This document shows positions 36,375 through 49,096 of a stretch of DNA of 50,790 bases, piece by piece; position 1 is the first letter of the stretch, and every line of letters begins with the position of its first letter. The position numbers and the translations under genes are program-made. The notes beneath the pieces are model-generated. The model saw nothing but the letters and a program-made list of their open reading frames with translations. It was not told the origin of the DNA and did not search any database. Source of the DNA: Chiloscyllium plagiosum. Its lineage: Eukaryota. The DNA is taken from contig NC_057718.1 of NCBI RefSeq assembly GCF_004010195.1, positions 93,163,569-93,214,358 on the forward strand. Direction: 5' to 3'.

Positions 36375-37103
36375 TGTAACGACATGGAGTAAACACCCCC
36401 CTCCCCCGCTAATTTTAACCAGCCACACAGAAAAGATTCACTTCATGCTATAATCTGTTAAAATTCGAGAGGCAAAGATCTATCCCAGAAGTCACTATTT
36501 AAAGTAAAAGAAAATTTCAGAACTTTATTCCGAATGTCTAACAGAGAATATTAACTAACAACTATTTATAACTCCTTTCTCTTCAATTATCTTTTACCTG
36601 CCCCTCTACAATACTAGTCCAATAAAAATCCCGATTGTGATTTGCAAAACCAGGCAGCTGGGCCGAGTGCTCTCTGCAGATTTTCCTCTGTCTTCTTTTC
36701 TTCCTCTTAGAGATTCTGCTTCACAGGTCTTTGAGAGATAAAGGTACCTTTAAGAGAGCAGTTCTGTGGGCAGTCTGTATTATTCTCTTTTTTGTTGGTG
36801 CACTTTGCCACTCTGGGTAACTGTTCAAAATGCCTGATATTTATACCCCAAAACATCAGATCATTTCATTGGTTTTAATATTGTCATAATACTAAATTCA
36901 AGCTTAAGTGGAGTTTGGTATCTTGGGGCAAAATTTAAACTGATTGGCCAAATTCAAATTTGTTTTTGTACCCTGGCAACACAGCTCTTAGTTGTTTCAA
37001 CCAAATGTTACACTGTTACCTGATTCCAGACTCTCTGTACTTCTCTAAATCCTTGTTAGCTTTTCAACTCTTAAATATATGGTACCCCTACATCTTCATA
37101 ACA
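36375..37103 (-). mobile_element. Solo LTR (729 bp)
   Basis: TGTAACGA...TCATAACA termini, 4-bp TSD aaag on both sides, minus-strand TATAAA (~36843) and AATAAA (~36526). Confidence 0.8.
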
Positions 37104-37981
37104 AAAGACTTTCAAGGCTTTGCTTTATTGGCAATGATTCAGGTGATGTATTCTTGGACTAGTTGCTCTTCAAGTGTAGCCAATTCTTTTTTGGCATACA
37201 ACAAGACAATAAAAATCTAAATAGCTGCTCAGTGTCACATTGTTAACCTCCACTGGAAGGGTTGAGACAGGGGAAATGTTGAGCAGATAGTAATCCACAG
37301 CCACTGATGGCCCAAATGGAATGGAGACTTGCCTGGATCATGTCCTCTCAATGGTTCCTGGAATCAAGAGTTAAATGGTGGAGAGAGAGAGAGAGAGACA
37401 GACAGATTCTGCAACTTAAGCTTGTATTCCCTGGAATCTTGTGTCTTTGCTGCTCTGATGTTTACTTTTTGGTCTGGAGCTAGCAGTCGGGTCTGGGAGA
37501 CCCTCAGGAAGCGGCTGTCAGCAATTTGCTTCCAGAATATTTCCTTTCTCTTAATTGGAAATGCACAAATTTTATTTGCACATGGGATATGATCAGATAC
37601 TGCTAAAATGAGCAATGCAAATTCTCACTGACCAACAGGCAAGGCTTAGATTCACTAGAATGTAGAACTTTAAGGGGGTAATCTGGCTGAAATTTTTAAA
37701 GTGATTGAATAATTCGATAAAACAGAGAGATTTTATTTTCTCTGGTGGAAAAACCAGAACAAAATGACAAAGCCTTGAAATTTGACTGGTTCAGGGTGAT
37801 CTTAGGAAGCATATACTTACACAAACATTTGTGGAAATCTAGAATTTTAACCCCTATCAAAAAAAAACTGTAGGGTGAGAAACATAGAAACATAGAAAAT
37901 AAAGTGCAGGAGTCAGCCATTCGGCCCATTGAGCCTGCACCATCATTCGATAGGACTGTAACTGATCATACAATTCCAGTA

Positions 37982-38210
37982 GAGAGGTGCTGGAAAAGCA
38001 CAGCAGGTCAGGCAGCATCCGAGGAGCAGGAAAATTCCGTTTCAGGCAAAAGCTGTTCATCAGGAATAGAGGCTCTATTCCTGATGAAGGGCTTTTGCCC
38101 AAAATGTCGGTTTTTCCTGCTCCTTGGATGCTGCCTGCCCTGCTGTGCTTTTTCAGCACCACTCTAATCTAGACTCTGGTTTCCAGCATCTGCAGTCCTT
38201 GTTTTTACCT
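37982..38210 (+). mobile_element. Penelope-like fold-back element, subfamily B
   Basis: Arms centred on ggaatagag-g-ctctattcc, decayed hammerheads, TSD ata[c/t]aattccagta (37968-37981, 38211-38224). Confidence 0.87.
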
Positions 38211-38344
38211 ATATAATTCCAGTATCCCCTCCCGCTTCCTCCCCATACCCTTTGATCCCTTTAGCCACGTCCAGCTCCCTCCTGAATATATCTAACAAAC
38301 TGGCTCCAACAGCTTTGTGTGAGAAAGAATTCCACAACTCTGTG

Positions 38345-38652
38345 GGTGGCTCAGTGGTTAACACTGCTGCCTCACAGTGCCAGAGACCCGGGTTCAATTC
38401 CCGCCTCGGGCAACTGTCTGTGTGGTGTTTGCACATTCTCCTGGTGTCTGCGTGGGTTTCCTCCACATCCTCTGGTTTCCTCCCACAGTCCAAAGATGTG
38501 CAGGTTAGGTGAATTGGCCATGCTAAATTGCCTGTAGTGTTAGATGGATTAGTCAGCGGTAAATGTAGGGGGGTGATTGCTCTTCGGAGGGCTGGTGTGG
38601 ACTTGTTGGGCCGAAGGGCCTGTTCCCACACTGTAGGGAATCTAATCTAATC
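38345..38652 (+). mobile_element. HE1 SINE
   Basis: A/B boxes, core, (ctaat)n tail. Confidence 0.93.
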
Positions 38653-39311
38653 TTCATCTCAGTCCTGAATGGCTAGCCTCTTATTGTTCGACTGTGACCC
38701 CCTAGTTCTGGACTTCCCCAACATCGGGAACATTCTTCCCGCATCTAGCCTGTCCAGTTCCATCAGAATTTTATTTGTTTCCATGAGATTCCCCCCTCAT
38801 TCTTCGAAATTCCAGTGAGTACAAGCCCAGTCGATCCAATCTTTCCTCATATGTCAGTCCTGCAATCCCGGGAATCAGACTGGTGAACTTTCACTGGACT
38901 CGCTCAATAACAAGAATGTCCTTCTTCAGACTAGGAGATCGAAACTGTACACAATATTCAAGGTGTGACTTCACCAGGGCTGTGTATAATTGCAGCAGTG
39001 AGAGGGAAGGGTTGGTTGAAAATTTCAATATCAACAATAGATTATCAAAATTTTGAAAAGAGGTTTGTTTGGCAAATGAATTAATGCTTATCTAGTTGTT
39101 TGGTGTTAAGAAAGAATCAACCAGGGTCTCACTGAATGCTGGAACAGCTGAATGACCTCATCCTGTAGCTATTTATTGCTATGGCAATCTTAGACCAGCC
39201 TGATGGTCAGACTTTAATTCTATAGATGTGTTGCTGGTGTAAATCATTCAGGGCAATGGCAAATCCAGAGGGTCTGATACTTTTTGGGAGAGCTGAATTG
39301 CCTAACCATGT

Positions 39312-40300
39312 GGAGTCACAGAGTCATAGAGATGTACAACATGGGAACAGACCCTTCATCCATTCTGACCACATATTCTACATTAATCTAGTCCTATTTG
39401 CAAGAATTTGGTCCATATCCCTCTAAACCTTTCATATTCTTTTACCCATCCAGATGCCTGCTAAATGTTGTAATTGTACCAGCCTCCATCACTTCCTCTG
39501 GGCAGCTCATTCCATACACTGTGAAAAAGTGTTCTTAAGGTCCCTTTTATATCTTTCCTCTCTCATCTTAAATCTATATCTCTAGTTTTTGACTCCCCTA
39601 CCCTGGGGATAGGACCTTGACTATTCACCCTACGCATGCCCCTCATGATTTTATAAACTTCGAAAAGGACCCCACTCATCATCTGAAGCTCCAGGGGAAA
39701 CATACCAGCCGGTTTCCTCCCGGTGCTCCGGCATCCTCCCACAATCCAAAGATGTGCAGGTCAGGTGAATTGGCCATGCTAAATTGCCCGTAGTGTTAGG
39801 TGTATTAGTCAGAGGGAAATGGAGCTGGATAGTTTACTTTTCAGAGGGTTGGTGTGGACTTGTTGGGCCGAATGGCCTGTTTCCACACTGTAGGGAATCT
39901 AATCTAATCTATTCAGCCTTTCCTGTAGCTCCAGCCCGCCAACCCTGGCAACATATTTGTAAATCTTTTCTAAACCTGTTCAAGTTTAACGACATCTTTC
40001 CTGTATCAGGAGACCAGAATTGAACGCAGTCTTCCAAAAGGGGCCTAATCAATGTGCTGCACAGCCACAACATGACCTCCCAATTCCGAAACTCAATGCA
40101 CTGACCGAAAGATCCAAGCCTACCAAATACCTTCTTCACCACCCTGTCTACATGTGACTCCACTTTCCAGGATCTATGAACCTGCACTCCAACGTTCCTT
40201 TGTCCGGCACCACTCACCAGGACCTTACTGTTAAGTGTATACGTCCTGCCCTGATTTGCCTTAGCAAAATGCAGCACCTTGCATTTATCTAAGTGGAAGA
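39312..40300 (-). mobile_element. CR1 LINE 3' part
   Basis: DKCKVLHFAKAN..LIRPLLEDCVQFWSP. Confidence 0.9.
39711..39911 (+). mobile_element. HE1 SINE, 5' truncated, nested in CR1
   Basis: Core 3' half and (ctaat)n tail. Confidence 0.9.
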
Positions 40301-41204
40301 AAATTTGACCCTGCATTTTGACACATACTTTCTGGGTACTTAAAAATGATAACTGATGCTCCTAAAAAAAAACCCAATGAAACACAGGCACTGATAAAAA
40401 AGAAGCAGGCTTGACTTCAAACGATTCCCCCTTGAGCTGACGTGACCAAAGTACATTTCTCTGGAAATGCAAAAGCCTTGCAGCATCTGTGGAAAAGGCT
40501 TCTCAAGGAAATAATTTCCCTCACAAAGTGAAGGTGGAATTAAATAACTGCTTGGGAGACATCTAGAACTAAGTGGCCACGCACACTGGGAGGTACCTTT
40601 AAATACAGTGCCTACTGAATAAATATATACTTTCTCAGATTACAGTATTATCTCTTTCTACTGTCAATATATACTAATTTTCATGTTGGCATTATGACGC
40701 ATGCTAAACAGGTTTTAAAGTGTATCAACACAAGGAAATACCACTTTAACGTCCCCATGCCCTTCATTCTAAATTGTACATCTTCATTAAAACAAAAAAA
40801 AGGAACATGCAACCTGATCTTTTGAGAAGCAAATAGCACAGTAAAGGTAATGACAAATTCTGTTGTTTACCCGGAACACAAATTCATTAAAAAATAAACG
40901 GACTCCCTTTCTGAAAATCTAAGATTTGTTTTTGTGTTTTGGTCAGCCAACACTCTCGGCAGCTAAAACAGTTGGGGTCTGTGTCCCAGTGGACATTTGT
41001 AAGGTCAAAATCATTTTGATATGATTTTGGGTGCAGATCCAGCACTAAGTGAACAATCTGCTCCCAAACCGAGACGTGACGATGTCTTCATATTGAAACA
41101 TTCAGGAAGACATTTCAAACAAATTAAGAATAAAATAAGTTAAACAAGATTTTGAAGGATTTCAAGTGTCATTTATGCAAGTTGTTTAAGAACTATGGGT
41201 GTTA

Positions 41205-41430
41205 TTTACCTTAGTTGGGGTTAGCCAATTTGTGATGCAGAGTGATGCCAATGGTGTGGGTTCGATTCCTGCACCAGTTGGGGCTATTACAAAGGACTGT
41301 TCTTCACGACCTCTCCCCTCGCCTGATGCATGGTGACCCTCAGGTTAAACTACCAACAGTTCTCTCTCTCTCTCTCTCTCTCTAATGAGAGAACAGTGCT
41401 GTGGTCTGTTAAGACTGTGACAACTTTATA
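41205..41430 (+). mobile_element. Third tRNA-like SINE family
   Basis: tgcagagtgatgcca..GGTTCGATTCC..ctcgcctga..ctcaggttaaac..(ct)n-aatgagag. Confidence 0.7.
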
Positions 41431-41552
41431 TGTAATAATGTATTATTTCATGGGATTTGAGCATTACTGGCAGGACCAGTTTTGTTGTCCATCCCTAATT
41501 GGCCTCGAACTAGTGACTTGCTGGGCCACTTCATTCGGTCAAATAAGTACCT

Positions 41553-41775
41553 TTGGGAGTTGGTTAGACCAGCTGGTCAGATGACCAGCTTGCATTGCAG
41601 AGAGTTGTTAACAGCGTGGGTTCAATTCTTGTGCCAACTGAGGTTGCTGTGAAGGACTCATCTTCTCAACTTGTTTGTGCATGAGGCCTGGTAAAACCAC
41701 CATCAGTTTTCTCTCTCTCTCTATCTAATGAGAGAGCAGCCCAACGATCCGGTAGGATGATAGTGACTTAACTTT
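41553..41775 (+). mobile_element. Third tRNA-like SINE family, second copy
   Basis: Colinear with 41205-41430; further fragments at ~26600, ~45985, ~47030. Confidence 0.7.
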
Positions 41776-42462
41776 TCACAAGCTAATTCCTATGGCATTG
41801 AAATCTCATGTAGGTCAGAGGAAGTAAGAATGGCTTTTCCTCAAGGACATCACGGAACCAGATTGGTTTGACAGTGACTAATAATAGTTACCATGGGCAC
41901 CATTCATGACATGAGCTTTCAAGTCTATATTTTATAAATTGAGTTTAAATTCCACTAACATGCATGGTGCAATTCAAAGCCATGTTCCTAAACCGGATTC
42001 TGGAATATTAGTCTAGTGATATTACCACGGTATACCACATAGCACTCAACTGGGGCATCTCTGGCTTTTCAGAACTTCTGTTTTCTGTCAAAATTAAGGT
42101 AAACAGCCAAGAGCTTTTCTCATAGAAGTATAACTCTTTTTTAATACTACTCAATGTTCACTAGTACAGGACAACCAAGATGGTGACATTAAGGATTTTC
42201 AGCAAACATCTAAGTGGCTAGGTTGCCTCTCTTTCTACTCCTAAGCAATTATTTAATTTGTTGGACAATTTCTGATATTTGATTGATTGCGTTCATACCT
42301 CTATCAATTTCTAATTAGTAGCTTAGCTTCTTACAATTATTATGTTCATTATTATGAGTGAAGCAGCTATGATGCAAACATGGCATTGGTATTTACTCAT
42401 GTGACAAACAAACCATATGCGAATTGCAGAACTTATATCCTTAGTGGGTTTTGCAAAGATTA

Positions 42463-42501
42463 GAGCTCTGATCTCCAGCATCTGCAGTCCTCACTTTCTC
42501 C
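42463..42501 (+). mobile_element. 39-bp Penelope-like tail-only insertion
   Basis: gagctctgatctccagcatctgcagtcctcactttctcc between 13-bp TSD tttgcaaagatta (42450-42462, 42502-42514). Confidence 0.85.
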
Positions 42502-42789
42502 TTTGCAAAGATTATACCACCCTGACTTAGAAACATGTCATAGTCTCTGAGTCAAGATCCCAGAATTCCTTGCCTAAGTAGCACTGAGGGTGTACCTTCA
42601 CCACTTGGACTACAGCAATTCAAGATGGATGTTTGTCACCATTTCTCAAGCAGAAGAGCTGGGCAATATTTATGAAAATAATGTCTTTACTCCCTGAAAA
42701 TTTAATAAGATTTCAAATTATACTTTGTCTTGTTATGGGTTTTCTCCTCCTTTGTCTGGGGACAATTAACCACATTTTATTTTCACTAA

Positions 42790-43200
42790 TGAGACACGGC
42801 ATTTCTGGCTGGGCCAGCATTTATTGCCTATCCATACTTGCCCTTGAGAAGGTGGTGGTGAGCTGCCTTCTTGAACAGCTACAGTCCACGGGATGTAGGT
42901 AGATACACAACATCTTTAAGAAGGAGTTCCAGGATTTTGACCCAGCGACAGTGAAGGAACAGCGATATATTTCCAAGACAGGATGGTGAGTGGCTTGGAG
43001 GGGAGCTTGTAGGTGGTGGACCTGTAGCCTTTGTTCATATAGATGGAAGTGATTGTGGGTTTGAAAAGTGCTGTCTAACGATCTTTGAACATCTGCAGTG
43101 CATCTTGCAGACAGTACACACTGCTGCTACTGAGCGTTGGTGATGGAGTGACTGACTGTTTCTGGATGTTGTGTCAATTGAGCGGGATGCTTTATCCTAA
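42790..43200 (-). mobile_element. CR1/L2-group LINE 3' end
   Basis: Reverse complement homologue of 18950-19370; a plus-strand piece lies at 42515-42680. Confidence 0.75.
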
Positions 43201-43328
43201 GCCGCTTACATGGGTTCTAGTACAAGGACTAGGCGATGTGAATTTTTTAAAAATTAAGTCGTGGGACATGATTGTTTTTCTCTCTCTCGTAAGGCTAGCA
43301 TTTATTGCTCACCTGTAACAAACCTTAA

Positions 43329-43424
43329 TATAAGGGGATTTCTGAAGAAGGGCCACTGGATCTGAAGCATTAACCTGCTTTCTCTCCACAGATGCTGCCA
43401 GATCTGCTGAGTTTCTCTAGCAAT
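43329..43424 (+). mobile_element. Penelope-like fragment, family D, decayed hammerhead
   Basis: CTGAAGA A gggccactggatct GAAg; 16-bp TSD ctgtaac[a/t]aaccttaa (43313-43328, 43425-43440). Confidence 0.72.
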
Positions 43425-44544
43425 CTGTAACTAACCTTAACTGAATGGTTTGTGTAACCATTTCCGAAAGCAGTTAAAAGTATCCATGTTACTCCAGTGT
43501 AGGGTCACCTCCAGCACAGACTGGTTGAGGAGAACAGAGCTTTTTCTCTAAGTTTGATGTTTTTACAACAACCTCGGAATGTCATAGTCAGTCTGTCAGC
43601 ATACCCTTAAGATACAAGCTTGTGATGTCATCATTGTGTCGTAACATGTGACTTGAGGGCATAAGGAACTCAAACTCCAAAGTACCTCAGATCATCTAAG
43701 GCAAGACGCTACAGGAAGCATGGCTCTCTGTTGTAACATAATAGCTTAAACCTAGTCCTGATATGTATATGCTTGGGGCATGCAATGTTTGCATACAATA
43801 GCTAGTTAATAAGCATTTGTTGGATTCTTCATTACTACAATATCCACGTCCAATTTCTTATATTGTAGAAGGTAACATAAGCATTACCACATCAGATAGA
43901 ATACCCTTTAAGAGACAAACTCACCATTAGTCACTAGATTTATTTCTTAGCTGAACTTAAATTCCCCAGTGGAGTTTGAACTCATATTTTACTAGTCCAA
44001 CTTTTCTGAATTACTTGTCAAATAACATAACCGCTATGCTAACAACTATTCCCTCTGGAAGTATCACAATAATTCATTCCCGTTGAGTAGATCCAATAAT
44101 TAACTGCGTAATGCATACAAGAAACTTGGAATTGTTTGTAGAGGGGGAAAAGAAAAACGAGAATGGGATTTAAGATTTGACCTTGTTCAGCTTCACTTCT
44201 AATCTGGAGATCTGTTTGAATGGAGCTTGAAGATACTTGGCCTACTAAGCTGAATTCTGTTTATTGAAAGCTACATTTGAAATTGATCACCAGAGGACAG
44301 GTTTTGTTGGATCCCATTGCCAGGATGTTGAAATTTCTTTTGATGATTGTGGTAATGATGATAAATTGGCACATTTGGAACCTGTTTAGCAAGTGCTATA
44401 TATTTTACAGCCTATTGTGGTTAGATTTGTGAGTCACGCCCACAATTAAAATCAATTGGATCCAAATTTGTGTCATGCACCTGGCCATAAGGCTGATCTC
44501 TCAGATGGTCTCCCTGAAGCACTGCATTGAATAGAATGAAGAAT

Positions 44545-45330
44545 GACCATAAGACCAAAAGAGATAGGAGCAGAAATTAGGCCATTCAGCCCATCGAGTC
44601 TGCTCCACTATTCAATCATGGCTGCGAAGTTTCTTGAGGAGAAAGTAAGGACTGCAGATGCTGGAGATCAGATTTGAGAGTGTGGTGCTGGAAAAACACA
44701 GCAGGTCAGGCAGCATCTGAACAGCATGAAGAGCTTTTGCCCGAAACATCGATTCTCCTACTCCTCAGCTGTTGCCTGACTTGCTGTGTTTTTCCAGCAC
44801 CATACTCTTGACTCTGATAAGTTTCTTGACCCCATTCTCCCACTTTCTCCCTATAACCCTTGATTCAAGAACCTATCTATCTCAGTCTTAAATATCCTCA
44901 ATGACCTGGCCTTCACAGCCTTCTGAGGCAATGAGTTCCATAGATTCACCACTCTCTGGCTGAAGACGTTTCTTCTTGTTTCCCTTCTACAAGGTCTTCC
45001 CTTTACTCCAAGGCTGTGCCCTCAGGCCTTAGACTCTCCTACCAACAAAAACTCTCTCTTCCCTACATCTACTCTGTCCAGGCCATTCAGTATTCTGAAT
45101 GTTTCAATTAGATCCCCTCTTCCCCATCCCCCTCCCACCCCCCCACAACCCACCATCTTTCTTAACTCCATTGAGTATAAACCCAGGGTCCTCAAACATT
45201 CCTCATATGTTATGCTTTTCATTCCTGGGACCATTCTTGTGAACCTCCTCTGGGCACATTCCAGGGCCAGTACATCCTTCCTGAGATATGGGGCCCAAAA
45301 CTGCACACAATACTCCAAAAGTGGTCTCGC
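44545..45330 (-). mobile_element. CR1 LINE 3' part
   Basis: RPLLEYCVQFWAPYLRKDVLALECAQRRFTRMVPG. Confidence 0.92.
44636..44814 (-). mobile_element. Penelope-like fold-back element, family A, older
   Basis: Tail gaggagaaagtaaggactgcagatgc, inverted arms, flanking repeat aagtttcttga (44627-44637, 44819-44829). Confidence 0.85.
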
Positions 45331-46139
45331 CACAATAGGGGAGAAAATAAATATCAACTTGAACCTTGAAAAGAATGCACTGTAAAAGCAGAAATTTGTA
45401 AATTGTAGTGTTGGCAGCAGGACAGGTGCTGGGCTATCATGTCTACAGTAGCTCCAAAACTGTGAGAGAGAGTGGAAACTTTGAGAGTAGAAATTGGTCA
45501 TCATTATCCCTGGTTGGAAAAAGGACATCTGTTAAGCTTAGTGTTGTGTGCCACCTCGGTAACCTCCAATATCATATTCGCCTCAACCAACTTCAAGGTG
45601 TGTGCTAATGAAGGGCCTGTTTCAGTTCCACTTTGACAAGTTTATAAAGATTTTATTAAGATTTTAGATTTTATTGTCATGTACACTCAAGTACAAAAGT
45701 ACGAGTATAATGAAAGATGTGTAATGTTATCACATACAGCACCATCTTAGGTATCAAGGTACCTAGGCACACAAACAACATTAGGCATAAAGTCGTAAGA
45801 GAAGCAAGAGCTAAAAATGTAACCATTACTTAATAAAACATCAAAAAAAAAGATAATAGTCTCCATTAAAGTCTTTCATAGTTTTAGCTAGGAAAACAAA
45901 AGATTATGTTAAAAGTTAAAAGTGAAACCAATAGGTTTGCACTGAGGCCTATAGTAACTGGTTACCAAGAATAGTGGATGGACTTGGTCAGCTCAGTTGG
46001 CTAATTGGCTGTATTTGTGCTACAGAGAGATATCAACATGGTAGGTTTTGTTCATGCTGCTATAGTAGTGGCTTGTTGGTCTAAGTGTATGATTCCTGCT
46101 TTGGGTGTGAGAGGTGTTGGGTTCCAAGCTCTATTTTGT

Positions 46140-47000
46140 CAGATACATTAAGGACATTTAAACAATTCTTGGAAAGGCACATGGGAAAATGTACAATGAA
46201 GGGTATGTAGAATAATCTGATCTGAGAGTAGGAAAGAAAATTGGCACAACATTGAGGACCGAAGGGCCTGTCTGTGCTGTACTGTTCTATGCTCGGTTGA
46301 TGCCACAATAAAGGTCTGCCTTCTTGATCTCAGATTCAGGTACGTAATTCTTTGAGAGTTGTGTCACATCTAGAGAGAATGGTTAAGAAGGCTTTTAGCA
46401 CACAACCTTTATTGTTCAGAACTTTGAGTATAGAAGTGAGGAAGTTATGTTGAGGTTGTACAAGATATTGGTGAGGTCTCTTCTGGAGCACTGTGTCCAT
46501 TTCTGGTCTCTCTGTTATAGGAAGGATATTATGAAGCTACAGAGTGTTCAGAAGAGATTTACCAGAATGTTGCTGGGAACTGAGGGTTTGAGTTATAAGG
46601 AAAGGCTGGGATCCTTTTTCACTGCAGGGTGGGAGGTGGAGAGGTGTTCTTACTGAGGTTTATAATGTAATTAGGAATATAGATAGATAAATGGCAGGTG
46701 TCTTTTATCCTAAGGTGGGGGGTATTTCAAGACTAGGGGCAAATTTTTAAGGTGAGGAGAGAAAGACTTAAAAAAGACAAGAGAGGCAATAACTTTTATA
46801 CAGAAAGTGGTTCATGTGTGGAATGAACTTTCAGAGGAAGTGGTAAATGTTTAAAAGATATTTGGATAAGTACATGGATAGGAAACATTTGGAGGGATTG
46901 TGGGTCAGGAGCAGGCAGGTGGGACAATTTAGTTTGGGATTATGTTCAGCATGTACTGGTTGGACCAAAGAGTCTGTTTCCATACTGTGTGACTCTATGG
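46140..47000 (+). mobile_element. Two CR1 3' fragments (46140-46292, 46330-47000)
   Basis: MLRLYKILVRSLLEHCVHFWS..RFTRML; tails gttctatg and gactctatg. Confidence 0.88.
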
Positions 47001-47924
47001 CTCAGTAGTTCATCTGAACTGGGCTGAATTTCAAGTTAAACTCCCCACTAGCTGTCTCTCTTTCTCTCTAATGAGAGAGCAGCTCTGTGGTCATCTGGGA
47101 TTATGGTAACTTTCACTTACACCAGTTCCCAGTTCATGGTATATTTGAAGGAGGGCCGAAAATAGGAAACTGATTTGCGTTCTCAAACCAAACACCTCCA
47201 GCAATGAGGCAATCTAAACCGGGGCAAAGGAAAAGCGATCCAAAGAGATAACACCTAGTTTTACACCATTGCATGGTTAGGATACATAAAATGAAAGCAG
47301 AAAGGCAGGCATTTACACATGGGGCTGGAAAGGGGAGAATCAGGAAAAGTGTTGAAGGCAATGTTCAGAGCAGAGGACTGCAGAGTGTCCTGGATGAAGT
47401 TGAACCCTTTGATCTTGTAGTTTGGTTAGATGGCATGGAGTAGTTTAGCAGATGGTGATGGGAGAGATGGGGGAGGGGGGGAAGTGGGGGGTAGTGGTGG
47501 CGAAGAGCTATTGAAACAAACTGGCAAATTCAAAACAGAAAATTAATCAAGAAGGAAGGGATCAATGAAAAAGCAATCTTGCAGTCTGTGAAAGAAAGTT
47601 CAGGTCCTGAAAACACTGTCTTGCTCACAAATGAATTGTTGAAGTGCTGGTCATGGATAGAAAGAGGTAATGCGAAATGGATGGAGTCAGAAATCAGCTC
47701 AGCTGAATAAAGCGGCACATGTCTAGAGTCTGAGAGTGTTCTCAGCAATGACAATCGTATTGAAAGTTCAAAGAAAAACTAAGTCGTCAGTCAACTGAGA
47801 TAAATAAACAGATGGTGTCAGCTACTGGGAAAGGCAGACAGGAATAACTATGACTCATATTTCCTTTTAATCCTTCTTAATTGACAGCAATGTCTTTTAT
47901 AGCATGAGTTCTACTTTGTTTTAT

Positions 47925-48264
47925 TTAGATTAGATTTTTTTAGGTTAGATTAGATTAGATTACATTACAGTATGGAAACAGGCCCTTCGGCCCAACAAGT
48001 CCACACCGACCCGCCGAAGCGAAACCCACCCCATACCCCTACATTTACCCCTTACCTAACACTACGGGCAATTTAGTATGGCCAATTCACCTGACCCTGC
48101 ACATCTTTGGACTGTGGGAGGAAACCGGAGCACCCGGAGGAAACCCACGCAGACACGGGGAGAATGTGCAAACTCCACACAGTCAGTCGCCTGAGGCGGG
48201 AATTGAACCCGGGTCTCTGGCGCTGTGAGGCAGCAGTGCTAACCACTGTGCCACCGTGCCGCCC
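47925..48264 (-). mobile_element. HE1 SINE, young subfamily
   Basis: Full length, intact A box TGGCACAGTGG and B box GGTTCAATTCC, long (ctaat)n tail. Confidence 0.95.
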
Positions 48265-49096
48265 AAAAAATTTAAATCCACAACCTAAATTTTGATTACT
48301 TCAATGAAAATCACAATGAAATTAGATCAAAGAATTTAAAAGAAATATACCAAACTGGCTGTTAGTGGTTGTCATGTAGAAGTGAACATTACATACTAAA
48401 TCAGAAAGATAATGTTTGCCAAGGACATCGATTACCATAATTGCTCTGAGCTAACGGGATGGTGTGAGGTCATTTTCTGAAAAGACAAAGCCCTTCACCC
48501 CCAACCATGAGGCTGGATTGGCAATATTGTTGTACGTTGAAAATGGCATTGTGCATTTTGTCTATTTGAGGCTTCCATACTCACTTGTACCATCAGAGGG
48601 AATCTGCCAGGATGAGATGATAAAAGATCTGTTTTCAACAGCTCATACAGTTACATTTCTAAGTGGATACAAATATGTATCGCCGTTTCAGTCCCAGGAA
48701 CATCACCGATATCAAGATTAATATCACAATCAATTTCAGGGGCCCAGAATAATTCTTTCCCAGGGGTGGTGTCCCTCTCTGTGGATAATTTCTTCAGGAA
48801 TTATCGAAGAGTCTCCGGAACACTGCTACGAGCAACACATACAAGAAATATCATTGTTGAATTAGAATATTATTTAATAAAAGGCAATTTTGTGTTAACT
48901 TTTGTCATCAGTTATCGAAATAACAGAGATGGGAACAAAAAGCAAAGAAGACCAGGTCTGGCTGTTGGCATCGATGTTAGAACTGGATTAAACAAAAGGA
49001 ATCATGTGATGAAAGCTCCAGGAATATGTCCTAAATTGGTGCGTAATAACTGACACTCTAATAAGTAAATAACTAATAACTAAAGTTGGTAATAAG

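Larger units (their letters stand above)
37880..38995 (-). mobile_element. CR1 LINE 3' part with two nested insertions
   Basis: (gaaacata)n tail, 3'UTR and ORF2 C-terminus. Confidence 0.88.

Noticed and set aside
43594..43839. Possible short solo LTR (tgtcagc..ttactaca)
   Set aside because: No clear TSD or second copy; boundaries unsupported
48580..48605. Apparent 19-nt micro-exon on the minus strand (cctggcag/ATTCCCTCTGATGGTACAA/gtgagt)
   Set aside because: It lies within the inverted repeat arm, the homologous arm lacks the donor, and no protein match was recognised
48659..48790. Minus-strand peptide with a TM-like stretch LIVILILISVMFLGLKRR
   Set aside because: In-frame stop just upstream, weak acceptor, overlaps the inverted repeat; hydrophobic runs are common in T-rich DNA
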